NCBI GenBank assembly: GCA_030704615.1 | Contig: CM060733.1 | Span: forward strand, 73,532,001 to 73,596,000 | Length of the DNA: 64,000 nt | Source: Takakia lepidozioides | Taxonomy: Eukaryota; Plantae; Bryophyta | Reading direction: 5' to 3' | The notes under the pieces: generated by a model | What the model saw: only the letters and a program-made list of their open reading frames with translations | Database searches by the model: none | Told to the model about the DNA's origin: nothing | Made by a program: the position numbers and the translations under genes | Part shown: in pieces, positions 1 to 12,387 of the stretch | Position numbering within the stretch: position 1 is the first letter of the stretch | Layout: every line of letters begins with the position of its first letter

Positions 1-2490
1 GGAGACCTCCTGTCCTTCACACTTGCTACAGTTTTTTAATAGTAGCCTACAAAAAAATGCCAAACATTGTCACTCCAGAAGTACAAGAGAATTATGTCTG
101 TTGTCCCAAATTCGACATCTCCACTGAGGCAAGGGAGATCTCCCGATCTATGATTAGAACATAGTAAGATAGAAAGACATCCCGTCGAGATACGTCTCAA
201 AATGTCCAAAGTAATTTATTAGAACATCACCAAACCAAATTTGTACAGACATATTGAGGTCCCTCGTTATGGCACTAATCAACCATCACCAGCCCATAGG
301 ACCCAAAACCATAGTCTTCGACGCAAACCAATCATGAACATAGTCTCTATAGAAACCAATTCATTTGAACAGTTTGGCTCCACTGCATGTGCCCTTCGAC
401 AGGAGCATCAATCTCTATCGTCCTCGAGTCTTAGACCGGTTCCCCAAGAGCGTCATCCATAAAATAAGAACCACCTTGCGGATTCCCAGGTCACCCGCAT
501 GGCCGTTCCGATTATGTTTTATTCATGTAAGTCATAACTCCATGCGCAAAAAACATGCGAACCAGGACAGACGGGAGGTCTCCCCTCCCAAGCGATACAC
601 ATCAGGAATAGTCAAACTAAATTGAGGGGGAACATGCACAAGTTTCAACAACCCCCCAAAGCCAATTCCAATAAGAGAATGAGGGGTTTGACAGGAACAT
701 GCACATAGAAAGGTACAGACGACGGGAGGTCTCCCGTCCTTACTCACGCTCTCTAGTCTACAAGAGTCTGACGGGTGTGCTGATGAAACCAAAACATGCA
801 CATAGTCAGGTAGGGGAGATCTCTTGTGGTGATACCTCTCATAACGACATGAGTAATGAATTCCAAAACCGAACAAAGAGTACACAGAGTACACAGAGCA
901 CAGCCATGATGTCCCTCGCTATGACATGACATGAATCATGAACAATGAACCATTTGTATTCAAAATGTGCGCTTAGAGAATAACGTCATTGTCAATGTAC
1001 ATTATCTACAATATCCCAATTGGTGGAAAACTGTCATCTGACTAGTAAGAACGGGTAGCGGATTCTACTCTCATCCCATATCTCCCCAAATGGACATTCC
1101 GTTGGTGTGCAGCATCTGTTTGAGGGTGCTGTCCTCGCCAACAGGTCTCCTCCTGAGAAATACTCATATACCTCCTGAGACCTCATCGCCGGCAGGTTTG
1201 GTGTGTCTATCCTTCTTCTTGTGGGTCGACTTCATCCGACGCTTGGCCTTGACTGGAACAGAGAAACCAATCCATTAGACAAATCAGCAAGGTTGTCAGA
1301 TACATGGTGCGAAGCAGGAACAGGAGATCTCCCGTGCTTACGATCCTCCCTAACCTCTTAACCGACTCACAAGACATATTGCCAGTGTTGACAAAATAAC
1401 AAGTAGTTGAAGGCAAAGAGGGGGTAACATACCTAAAGAACACACAAGGGTCAGTAATCCCTAGGGGATTTGCATATCTCGCTAGCCATATCCAATCAGG
1501 GTGAGAACTATCGATAGGCACCTGAACATTTGCACACTTCCAGTAATTCCCCTCCATGTATTCTTGAACTGTCGGAGATGACATCATGCCAGAAAGGAAT
1601 GGCCATAAAGCCTCAACAAGATCCTCAACAAAAGAATCTCGTCCCTCCTTGACGATCGACGTTAGAGTGCCATCAAAGGATCTCGGGTAAAAACCAGTCT
1701 TCAAAGGGGTCCTGAGCAGGGCTTTGGTGGGCTCATCATCAATCAAAAGCGTTTGGTCATTTAGGCCGTAGGGCTTAGAAATTCTCCCGAAGTGTTCCCA
1801 AAGACCAACAATGTCTTTAATGTAGAATGGTTGTGTTGAGGCAATGTAGGCAGGAACCTTGGTGCAAATATCTCGACACCAGATAAAGCAAAATTTCCTG
1901 ACCATATCCTTCGGGAGAAGATATGCCAGAAGAGCCTCAATCATATGTTGAACTCCACAGGACCAGATACCCACATGGTAATGGTTGAATGCAAGTTCAA
2001 GAAATTCCAGAAGAGGTCCCGGACGAGGAACAACATTGTCCCAATCGTATGGAATTTTGGCATGAGGGAAATGTTCAAGGAACCTCTGTGATCCAATAGG
2101 CTTGGATTTATAGCACAATAAACCAACAACACTCAGAATGATTAACTTTCTTTGACCTCCAGAGGAGACTGTCACTCGTGTCTTCCGGCGCAAGAGATTT
2201 GCTGCCTCGCTCGCTCGAAAATGGTCATGACCCATCTGTCAAGATTCGATGGTTAGCTTTGGATGTGACCATTGGCAGCTATATTACTGATGTGTAATAA
2301 AGTAGGAGATGAATATAGTATTTCTGGCACCTTAAACAAAACCGAGTCTGTGCTTCGGGATTTAAGACAAAACGTTCTAAGTGGGAAGGAAAGGACGGGA
2401 GGTTTCCCGTCCAAATACGTCATTGTCAATTTCGGCGGCAGCCACAGCCCCGATTGATCTTTGGGCTTGGTTTCATCTTCGACCTTCTCT
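1..2490. mobile_element. Fragment of a putative DNA element marked by dispersed ACGGGAG(A/G)TCTCCCGT palindromes (same motif as 39903-41473 and 52855-54404)
   Basis: Near-perfect palindrome copies at ~132, 571, 721-738, 1320 and 2393-2412. No termini visible, so boundaries are approximate. Confidence 0.45.
1207..2235 (-). CDS. FCP1/NIF (HAD-superfamily CTD-phosphatase-like) domain, catalytic motif degenerate; probably an internal exon
   Basis: KLIILSVVGLL (position of LILDLNGLL), PRPG..LEFL..AF..YHVGIWS, FIWCRDIC, YIKD, TLLIDDEPTKA. A CAG acceptor lies directly before the ATG. Confidence 0.7.
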   Translation of the reverse strand: MGHDHFRASEAANLLRRKTRVTVSSGGQRKLIILSVVGLLCYKSKPIGSQRFLEHFPHAKIPYDWDNVVPRPGPLLEFLELAFNHYHVGIWSCGVQHMIEALLAYLLPKDMVRKFCFIWCRDICTKVPAYIASTQPFYIKDIVGLWEHFGRISKPYGLNDQTLLIDDEPTKALLRTPLKTGFYPRSFDGTLTSIVKEGRDSFVEDLVEALWPFLSGMMSSPTVQEYMEGNYWKCANVQVPIDSSHPDWIWLARYANPLGITDPCVFFRYVTPSLPSTTCYFVNTGNMSCESVKRLGRIVSTGDLLFLLRTMYLTTLLICLMDWFLCSSQGQASDEVDPQEEG

Positions 2491-2499
2491 CTGCTGACA

Positions 2500-2860
2500 G
2501 ACAAGGATGATTAGTTAGAGACACAAATGAATGAAATGAAGAATGGAAAACAAATGACTTCCAGGTGCAGATACAAATTGGAATAAGTAAATGGAATGAT
2601 AGCGCACACCTCGGTGGAATTTTCCATTGCTGCCTCATTGCTTTGTTCACCAGAACAGGCTTTGCAGTATCAAGTGTTGTTCAAGGAGTTTTGGGATATC
2701 TTTGCATGGTCCTACACCGAATTAAAGGGAGTACCTTCTTCTGTGGCAATGCATTCCATTCCCATGATTCTAGGAGCTACCCCAAGACAACAACAAGAGA
2801 GAAGGGTGAATCCCAATCTAGTGCTACTCATCAAAACAGAAATTGAAAAACTCCTGGCCG
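2500..2860 (+). pseudogene. Ty3/gypsy (non-chromoviral, Athila/Tat-like) pol fragment, start of RT
   Basis: LFKEFWDIFAWSYTELKGVP...HSIP...RRVNPN...IKTEIEKLLA; cut off abruptly at ~2860. Confidence 0.8.
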
Positions 2861-5800
2861 GGTAATTTATCTCAACGACGCAATGGCGTGAGCGTTGCGC
2901 GTGAGCGCGCCAGCATACGCTCACGCAGGAGTGACGTGGCGTGAGCCTGCACCCACGCTAACGTGGCGTGAGCGTCATGTCAGCATGCTGATGTGGCGGC
3001 AAATGATGACGTGGCACTGTCCATCATCTGCAACATCAGCATTAACATGCGCCGCCTATAACCGAGGATGGTCCTATGACCGTGGAATTAATGCAGGGAA
3101 TCTTGCCTAAATAGAATCAAGACTACCATGAGGCCTACAATTGTAGCATCCAACATTGTGCAATTACAAATGCTTGTTTCACTTTTACAATTACGAGGAC
3201 GAGAAAATATCCTCACAAAGTGTGCGCCATAAAGGCTGCCACGGGAAGACCTTCCTCCCTCCTCAAATAACAATGAGAGTTAGGATCATCTTCAAAAGAT
3301 GATTGTAGTGCATAGCGACAGCAAGACATGTAGACTTCGAACGGTGCAATGACAAATGTGCTTTTAAAAGTTGCCACTCAGAGCTCACTCCGTATAGTTG
3401 GAGGCCATATCATTGCACCGCTGACGAATTGATGTGAATTACACATTTCAAATCATGGTCGTCCACATACCACATTGCATAGTTGATGCTACCCATGTGT
3501 TGTATCCCGCTGCAATAGAGTATCGACCTGGTGAATGAAGTTGTCACGTTTGGGATCGCAAACCATCATCTTCAAAAATATGAAATACAAATGTTTGCAG
3601 GGTATGAATTTACCTCTCTTGCCCAAACTGGTTGATAGCATATTCACAAAATCAGAACATGTGCAATTGGGGAAATTGGAAACCGTGATGTCGTAGGTCC
3701 TGTCATGAACAGCAGATGTGGAAGTGATGATTGTGAATACCCGACCATATCTTGGATCGGGTACTTCCGTGGTGCTTCCAACACGAGCTTGGAGCATTCT
3801 TGCGGACTCCACTTTGCCAAAGTGTTCAGCGGTTGGAGGGAAACGCCGAACGAGCTTTCCATCTCGTTTGGTTGGCCACAAGTCAGGATTTGCCGGGGGG
3901 ACCCGGGAGGACGCAGAAGTAGTAGCACATGCATGGAGTTGGGGTTGTCTCGCAAGGGAAAAATTTGCCTCCTCCAGCATTTCAATCTCCTGAAAGCTGA
4001 GATGTGTTCCCACCTTCACGGGCCAAACGGTTGGAGGAGATGGCTTCATCACTACGGAAGGACGCACAGTTCCATGCACACATCTGGCACAATCATCTGC
4101 GCAGAACCAAAACTTGTGGTTCTTGGCTTCTGGTTGACCGTATGGACGCATCAAACCTGCGAAAGTCAGAGCAGGAGTTCGGGCACCACCTCTGGATATA
4201 GATGAAGTGCACTTCTCGAAATTAGTTGCCCTGATCGCTATACATTTCACACGAGACCCTACACTTGTGCGTTCTATGTGCCAAACGTGGTCGGGGCATG
4301 CGGACTCAAGCACATCAAGGGGGTTGTTTCTCTCCTGCACCATTTCAGTGGCACTGTTTGATGCTGGAGTTTGCCGTCGTGTTGGAGGTTCCTCCACAAT
4401 GGAGGTTCCGGACATGGAGCTGTCATGTAGGGGAACACGAGGCTTCGAGAAGTTATCACGGTCTGCCCTGTGCGAATCGGAATCCGGACCAGGTGGAGTG
4501 TTCAATTTCCTCTTACAGGAGCCGAATCTCTCCTCCCCTTCAAGATGTGGAACTCTAGAAACAAGTGGCGTTCCCTGGGCATACATGCTCACCGCCCGTG
4601 CTATCTTGATTGGATCCCCAAATCTGTTTGCAGCACGCAACATCAACTCCCATTTGTCCGAACCCTTGCCACCAACCCCACCTCGCAAGAAATCACGGTA
4701 TCGGGTTTGTTGTTGCAAAACATGTATCAAATCATCTGTTGTTGCCACATACAAATCCCGACCTCGTTTCCCAGACTGCTACAACCATGCGTTGTGCACA
4801 GTTTTTGCCAAATTGTAAGATGGCATGTCCGCCATTTCCTCAATGGACATGTTCTGCAAAGTGGAGAACCACACTTCAAAATAATGATCAGAAAACAACA
4901 TAAAGAAAGCGAGGACACAATAAAATGGAAAGTAAATGTATGAATAAAGCAAGAAATATAAGCCTCGTACCACTGGCATGGCTGCTCCCCACTGTCTATA
5001 CCGGAAGTGCCAAAACGTCAGCCAATCTTCCAATGCTCTCATACTCTCAAGTGATGCAGCTCCAGAAGAGAACCACCAGGCACGAATTGTCTGGAACAAA
5101 GTGTCCGCCTCCTTCATTGTTCTAGCATCTTTGTACTCTTTGCACAATTTACGGTGCTGAGTCTGCATCTCTGGTTTGATGTCCGACTTTGCATGTTTTT
5201 CCAGAGATTGTGTCCAATGGAATAGACATGTACGCTCTCTTCCTCGCATTGGCACTTTTGGGTCGCCCGATCCGAAGACAATACGAACAGCATTGAAATT
5301 TGCTTGAGCACTATCCGCCATGAAACCTGCGAAATTTGGAGATGGCAGCCCATGACACGTATCAGGGAATCCCACATGAGCTTCTGGGATTCCGTATCCT
5401 CGGATTGCATGTCACAAACTGCAATTGTCATAACTCGTTGGTATACTGGATCGTAGACATGACGAGCCATTGTCGTCCAATCCTTCACTTGTTTCACATG
5501 ATCAAACATAAGAAAACAGTTCTGCAAGTCCCCAGTCTTTTGCATCCGCTTCACGAGGCTAACCCCACTGCCCTCCCCAACAGTCGACATTTTGAAAAGA
5601 AAAACTTTGATGGCACCTTGACCTGGGAATACATTGTCCTGGATGTAATCGTACTTGCTCACTCGTTTCAACTCCAAAATGTTGTCTATGTAGCCTCTGA
5701 TACCAGAGCCCATTCTTAATGCATTGATCTGATGCCGAATGTTAGGTGAACTCAAAGTGGAGAAATGATCCATGACCAGGTCCAATGCTGCACCGTCAAA

Positions 5801-7367
5801 TTTAGTCCCCACAGAATCCCCTTCACTCAAAATATGGCTTTCCAAGAAGGACTTGCTTGCGCCAAGAGCAATTGCAGGTGTTGTTGCAGATGGGTTTCTC
5901 CCGAACTCCTGTTTAATCAACCTCGATATTGTCTCAACACTCTCCCTGTAATCCCCCTTCGAGACAGGATGGTTATGGAATCCGAAATGCACACAAGCTC
6001 TTGTCATTGTTTTCAAACGGTGGACAACATAGTACATTCTTGCTCCACAGAGCACCAAGCAGGATGGCACAAGTTTGCAGAATTTGCAGACGAAAGTGTT
6101 TGCCGGTGGTGGGGCAGTCCCAGGCTGAAATGGATTTTCCGCCAGACCCTCCCATTCGCTTTGATTATGAACCCCAGACTGAAGAAAGTGTCAGCAATTC
6201 AAATTATCACACCTAAGGTGTCCATTGCAAACTGTTCTCCGGAAAACAAGCTTGTCATCATTCTGAATATTGGATGTTTTTGTTCTACACCACGGGTGCC
6301 CGTCGTGTTTCTTGTCCATTCCATGCATCATGATTGTTACACCTCCAACTCGCGGAGGAGGAGGCAGCTCGAATAGGATATCGCCATCAAAAGTCTCTGG
6401 CAAGAACTTCACAGGCACCTACTTCAAAGATTCCCAATCAATTCCTCGCAACTCACTTTTGAATCCTCCCATCGCCCATAATTTTGGAATGACACTACAA
6501 ATCTCTTCTTCATCAGCTTCTCCAACCACAGTAGGAAGGACTGGATTTGGAATTTCACTTATGTCATCATCGGACGAATCCGAAAGCTCAACGATTGGAG
6601 TGGAGGACGTCTGTTCTTTTTTCACCACCACCTCCCTCTTGTCTTCAACGACCAAAGCAGCAGTCCCCGGCGTCACATTACCCAAGGGACTTTCGCCGAG
6701 GCTCTCCAAGTACTCTGTATCGACCAGGGCGCACTCTCCACTGACTGACATGAGCCGTCTCATCACGGTTTTGGAAAGAGTATTTCAACAACTTCCCTTT
6801 CAAATCGTACACCTCTTTCTCCAAAAAGATGGAGCCATTCTGAAGCTGAAAACGGGTAGCCAAGACATGTTCCAGAACAATTGCAAATCCATTGTCAAGG
6901 ACTTCCTGGGAGAACGGCACTGGTTTGTCGTCAGAGAATAACTCCGCTTCAGAGGAAGCCATCTTCCTTCCTCGCGTACGTTGATACCTTGCTATCGCAG
7001 ACCTTCAGTGTAAATCGGTTTACTGATGTCTCCAGAACACAGTTGAAGAATGAGCAGAGAATATGGCGGAGGAAGCTCAGACGACGATTATGCATATTCT
7101 GTTATTCCTTCCAGATATGCAGCCGTCCATTTTAATTACTTTTCTTGTGGGCCTAGTGGTCAGAGTATCCGTAGGAGCAATGTCGGCAGCTGTTAAACCG
7201 TTAATCAGAACCTCATCAATAAACACAATAACAAGCCGACTTCCTGGAAGCATGCCACAGGATCTGAGGGTGGGATTGCAGATTAAGTAAATGTATCTTT
7301 ATACTACTTCCAATGATCATGCGTACCTAGAAAGTTCAAAATGTGAAACGAACGTGGGGTTGGCTAA
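2861..7367 (-). mobile_element. Mutator-like element, second family (MULE-2), partial; interrupted at 7368 by MULE-1
   Basis: Abrupt start (G)GGTAATTTATC with subterminal GCGTGAGCG repeats at 2885-2975. Encodes a transposase homologous to MULE-1. Confidence 0.75.
3489..6962 (-). pseudogene. MULE-2 transposase (GCM-like zinc domain, DDE core, SWIM finger), disrupted
   Basis: DGHPWC..T..C.GHLRC..C, C..C...H.GFHNH; MFDHVK (D1), FMADSAQA (D2), TCLFHW (CxxH), NLAKTVH (third catalytic E changed to K); SWIM CTCSDF..PCKHLYF. Several stops and frameshifts. GT-AG intron at 4854-4970. Confidence 0.85.
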
Positions 7368-7577
7368 GGGGGCTGCTATTTCATGAGCGACATGAGCATG
7401 AGCGGAAAAAAAAAAAACATGAGCGGGCCGAATTGTGTCCACGGAAATAGGGTTAGGAGGCACGGAAATAAGGTCATGTGGACTCGTCATAGCAATGAAA
7501 TGCAACATTTTATTGCAAATTTGGTGGCAAGCCACGTCTATACAAGTGTGTCCTAACTGTCATAGCAGGAATGGGAA

Positions 7578-10500
7578 CTACTCTCCTATACCTTCCGAGG
7601 AACTTGGCCCTCCTTCTTCCTCATCCCCCTCATCCCCCCCATCCTCCGAGCTCTCTGATGCATCGGTTGCAGTATGCCTCTCAAAAATGCCGTCCTCTCC
7701 TTGGGGGACTGTCCACCTCACCTCCTGGGAATCTTCTGCCTCTTCTCCCCCACTTTCCTCAGCAGAATCCAACACAAATCTACGAGCCCGGCGGGCTCTA
7801 ATAGCTGCTGCCTCCTCCCTCATCTTCATTTTCTTGAGGCTTGCCTCGTCTAAAATCTGCTGTACACGACTAGGTTCGGAACACCTCCTAATGGACACCG
7901 AAGCAAGCCGGGCAGCATAAGTAGGAAGGATGTAGTCCCTTTCTGGACTAGGCATGAAATCCCCCTGGCAAAAAAAGGCACGTTCCTCCTGCCCATGAAC
8001 TCTGGTGTAGACGTCCCTCCTGCCGTACTTGGCATCCTACAGTAAGAACAAATCCACTTCAAGAATGTCAATACCAGCAGAAGCAGAAAGGGTTTTCAAT
8101 GAAATAAGAGAGCAAAGGGAGGTGCCTCACGAAATCTGGAGGCAACTTACAATGCGACCACTCACTCGTACACCGGGGGCTCCTCGGCCTCGATCCCAAC
8201 TTGTTCCTCCCCCTGCTCCTTCTCGGATTTTTCCTCATCCTCCGAGGATGCCTCTTCCTCTTTCGGCAGACGTTCAGCCGCTGCAAGTTCCGAGTTGTGG
8301 AGGGCAGTATCTGGCTCGAAGGCGAACACATGCCTGTCGGACAACGTCCCTGCCCACATTGAAGCACCTGAGGAACAAAGCGGGCGGTTAAATAGCTTGC
8401 GGCATGCAATTGCAATCGGGCCAGGGGACAAACTGAGCACGTGAAGGCTTACCCGTGCCGCATGTGAGGTCTAGAATCTGCCCTTGGACATCCGAGCACG
8501 TCTCCATGAGGGTTTGGATGAAAGCAGGGCTCTGGGTCTAGCTGTACCGCCACGGTTTGCCTGTCTTTGTGTCCTTTGGCATACTGGAGTGGGGCACATA
8601 GTTGTAGAGGACATCGTAGGTAACAGGGTCCACAGCGGCATCAACAAGACGACCGTCGTTGCGGAATTTGAACGTAGACCCTCTCTTCACAAAGCAATAT
8701 GCCTCAAACACCAATGTCTGCACATCCAACAAAATAGGGATCAACTCCGAGATCTTGTTTAGATACACCACAATATGAGGTGAATGCAATAGATTGATAA
8801 CTTACACTTTGGCCCTCTATTCGCAACCCCTGTGTATTGATGCAGAACCATTTTCCGAGGAGGACTGGGGTGACACTTTTCGGTGTCCACCTTGCCACCG
8901 CATTCTCTGTGGTCTTCCCTCTTGTGGCAAGGACAACCACACATCCACCGTCATCTAGAAGCATCCCCGCCAGCCCAAACCCGGCTTTCCAGTAGTCCTC
9001 AGTAAACCTGTTCTAGGTGGCCACACCATCCAGGCCCTCCAACAGCTCCCCATCTGGAATGTCGAGGAGAATCATGTCGCAAGCTCTCTCCACCTCACCC
9101 CCCCCCCCGAGTGCTCTTGCAATCCGTGCTCACAGCCGTGAAGAATTCCATCATGGCTTCAAAACCAAGGGTGTCTTTAGGCTCTGTACCGGCAGCCCTC
9201 TTCTTGGCTTTCCCCTTCTGCTCCGCCAGAGACTTGCTGTGTGCCACCTTCTTCGCCCTGGCAGCAAGAGCGTCAAGGAAGCTCTCATTGACGCATTGGA
9301 TGATGGTTGGAGGTTCTAGCTTTGGCCTGTGCGTAAACGTCACCGCCGAATACCGCCGTGTAGGCTCGCCCTCAAATGCCAACTTCTTGGCAGAGCCAGT
9401 CCCACTCCGAACTGACTTGGGAACCCGGACGACCGGTGACTGGGTAGCAGCAACAGCAGTCGCAGGACCTTGAACAAAGTCGTCGTCCGAGTCACTCTCT
9501 TGGGTCCCCTCCTGCGCCTGCTCCGATGCCCAGATGGTTTTCTGTTTTTTGGGTGTTACTGCAGTCACCTGTTTCCTTGTCCTTTTCCTTTGGCCTTTAC
9601 TCTTCTCATTCAATTTCTCCTGAATTCCTGCCTGAGCAAGCTCTGCCGCTTTCCTGGAGTTCGCAAGCGCTTTTGCCTCTTTTGCACCCAGCGGAGGCAG
9701 CGGAGCCCGGTTTCGTCGGGCCTCAGCATCCAGCTTCAATTGAAACTCGGATGGGTCGAGCATGCCGGGCGGAAGATCCACATACCAAGGGCAATCATGC
9801 AAATGTTCCAGATGCCACTCCTTCACAATATCGTCAGTGTGCATGGAGTCAGCCCCAGGGTTTCTCCATGCCAGGAAGAATGGTGGCTCGAAAGACAGAT
9901 GACCTTTCTCCAAAAGGGAGAACTTGCAGTACCTGCATTCATGAAAAACACAATGAGGTCCCTGAACTGCAAATTCGGCACCATTTTCCCAGGTTGGGGC
10001 GGATCTGAGTGGGCCTAGAAATGGAAAAATGGCGCCGAATATCGGTTTTCGGTGATTGCCACCCTAGGGACTTAGCCATCTTGGGAGCCCTGAACTGGAA
10101 ATTCGGCGCCATTTTTCCCGGTTTGGCCCGAAGATGGCTAAGTCCCAGAACGGCAATAGGGCCTAGAACTGGAAAAATGGTGCCAAATTTCCAGTTTAGG
10201 GCCAGCCACCCTAGGGACTTAGCCATTTTCGGAGCCCTGACTAGAAATTCGGCGCCATTTTCCCAGGTCCGGCCCGAAAATGGCTAAGTCCCACAAGGGC
10301 AATAGGGCCCAGAACTGGAAAAATGGCGCCGAATTTCCAGTTTAAGGCCAGCCACCCTAGGGACTTAGCCATTTTCGGAGCCCTGACTGGAAATTCGGCG
10401 CCATTTTCCCAGGTCCGGCCCGAAAATGGCTAAGTCCCAGAACGGCAATAGGGCCCAGAACTGGAAAAATGGCGCCGAATTTCCAGTTCAGGGCCAGCCA

Positions 10501-10860
10501 CCCTAGGGACTTAGCCATTTTCGGAGCCCTGATTGGAAATTCGGCGCCATTTTCCCAGGTCCGGCCCGAAAATGGCTAAGTCCCATATGGCCTTGACCTG
10601 GAAAATGGCGCCGAATTTCCAGTTCAGGGCCAGCCACCCTAGGGACTTAGCCATTTTCGGAGCCCTGATCTGGAAATTCGGCGAAAAATGCAAGGACTGT
10701 AAGGAAGGCATCGCGTATGTACCTGTACAAAAGGCGCATTGCTGCTTTGTCCGCGTTCGGCTGGTCGGTGAACTCGTGGCTCCGGCGGGCATGTGGTATC
10801 TCCCGAAAGAATAGGTCGGTTTTGTAGAGCAGAAAGTACCTCGTCACATAGTCGCGTAGG
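7578..10860 (-). pseudogene. 3' exons of the ParB-methyltransferase-like gene (copy B1)
   Basis: EKGHLSFEPPFFLAW exon, DMILLDIPDG (DIPD at 9052-9063), ILDLTCGTG/ASMWAG..RHVFAFEPD, acidic tail. In-frame stop after WRYS and an indel near 9095. Confidence 0.75.
9960..10685. repeat. Intronic tandem array (~146-bp units) of GGCGCC-centred hairpins
   Basis: CCACCCTAGGGACTTAGCC recurs at ~10207, 10352 and 10498, each unit with AAATTCGGCGCC cores. Confidence 0.9.
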
Positions 10861-11610
10861 CCGTTTGGATTTCCCTCTAGCAGTCAAGGATTCCATGAAA
10901 AACGTGTCTAAAAGTGGACTTCAGCCACAAAACTAACAGTTTAGTTTGTTTTTCTCCGAAAAACCAAGCGGCCACGCTCAGAATTACCTGCAGGAAGGTA
11001 ATTTGGCGCTTCGACTTACCAGGCGAATGGAAATTCGGCGCCAAATTTCCATCCGCCAGCGATCCGAGTTACCTGCTAGATGGAAATTCGGCGCCGGATT
11101 TCCATCCATCCGGGCTTCGAATTACCTGCAGGATGGAAATTCGGCGCCGAATTTCCATCCTGATCCGTTCCGAATTACCTGCATGACGGAAATTTTGCGC
11201 ACCGCCCTTCCTGGCAGGATGGAAATCCGGCGCCGAATTTCCATCCATCCGCTCTCCGACCAACCTGGCGGATGGAAATCCGGCGGGTTTCCATCCATCC
11301 GCTCCGAATTACTTGCGTGGCGGAAATTTCGCGCGCCGCCCTACCTGACAGGATGGAAATCCGGCTCCGAATTACCTGCGCGGTGGAAATTTCGCGCGCC
11401 GCCCTTCCTGGCAGGATGGAAATCCGGCGCCGAATTTCCATCCATCCGCTCTCCGACCAACCTGGCGGATGGAAATCCGGCGCCGGATTTCCATCCATCC
11501 GCTCCGAATTACCTGCGAGGCGGAAATTTCACGCGCCGCCCTACCTGACAGGATGGAAATTCGGCGCCGAATTTCCATCCATCCGCTCTCCGACCAACCT
11601 GGCGGATGGA
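10861..11610 (+). repeat. Displaced copy of the MULE-1 central palindrome array
   Basis: Matches ~45630-46200 of copy A. Contains a perfect 34-bp palindrome CAGGATGGAAATTCGGCGCCGAATTTCCATCCTG at 11129-11162. Confidence 0.85.
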
Positions 11611-12387
11611 AAGCGGGCTCCCACCTTCACCATCTTTGGTGATTCTCCTCCAACTGACATGTCCACCAACTGCGTTGTCGGTTCTGACGTGAAAGTTGAT
11701 CCTCGTTGGATTGTCTCCGGAGGATGGTGGATCACATGTTGTGGAGGTTTCACTTGTGCAATCCTTTCTAATAAGGGTGGGCACGGGAGGTCTCCCGTCC
11801 TCTTCTGTTGGGAATACCTCAGCATCAGAGCAGTTGAACTATACTGAGGATCGGGTTGAAGACTGGAGAGAATGATATCACCGCAGCTGCGGAGGCACTA
11901 GCAAGGAATCCTCTGGAGGCTTTTGAGAGAACCCCAGTCAAAGAGAAAGGTTTGTACTGCTTTTGTTCTCTATCTTCGATCCTCATGAATTTGTTTCAAA
12001 TCAATTGTAGGAGCGCGTGGCGTGGCGTCGAAGAATCTCACGGAGGTGTGCTCTCTCATTACACTTTCTCACTTTACATCGATTGACATCATCTTGCTGC
12101 CTCTAACGAGACGTTGTTCTGTTTCAGCGGCAAAGAAGAGACGTAGAAAGCAGAGCCCGAAGAAGGATCGGGAAAGAATCACTCGGCGCCATTTTCCCAG
12201 ACACAGGTACCAGTGCATGTTGGGACTTAGCCAGTTTTCGGCCCCAAAAAGAGAAATTCGGCGCCATTTGAATGGAATATTGCCTCATTCCAGGAGTTTT
12301 GGGGTGCATTTCATTACACTGCAAAAAAAAGTCTGATACAGCAAAATGCATTTGAAAATATCCATATGGAGGATTCCGTTTGCCCCA

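Larger units (their letters stand above)
7368..10860 (-). mobile_element. MULE-1 copy B1: right TIR plus 3' half of the ParB-MTase gene, inverted
   Basis: Starts GGGGGCTGCTATTTCATGAGC, the reverse complement of the copy A right end. Collinear with ~49450-52846. Confidence 0.9.

Noticed and set aside
10914-11850. Many ORFs with MEIRRRISI / GWKFGAEFPS repeats (also 16256-18148, 20376-21482, 41602-42211, 44617-46412)
   Set aside because: Translation artefacts of stop-poor palindromic arrays; they appear in all frames on both strands.
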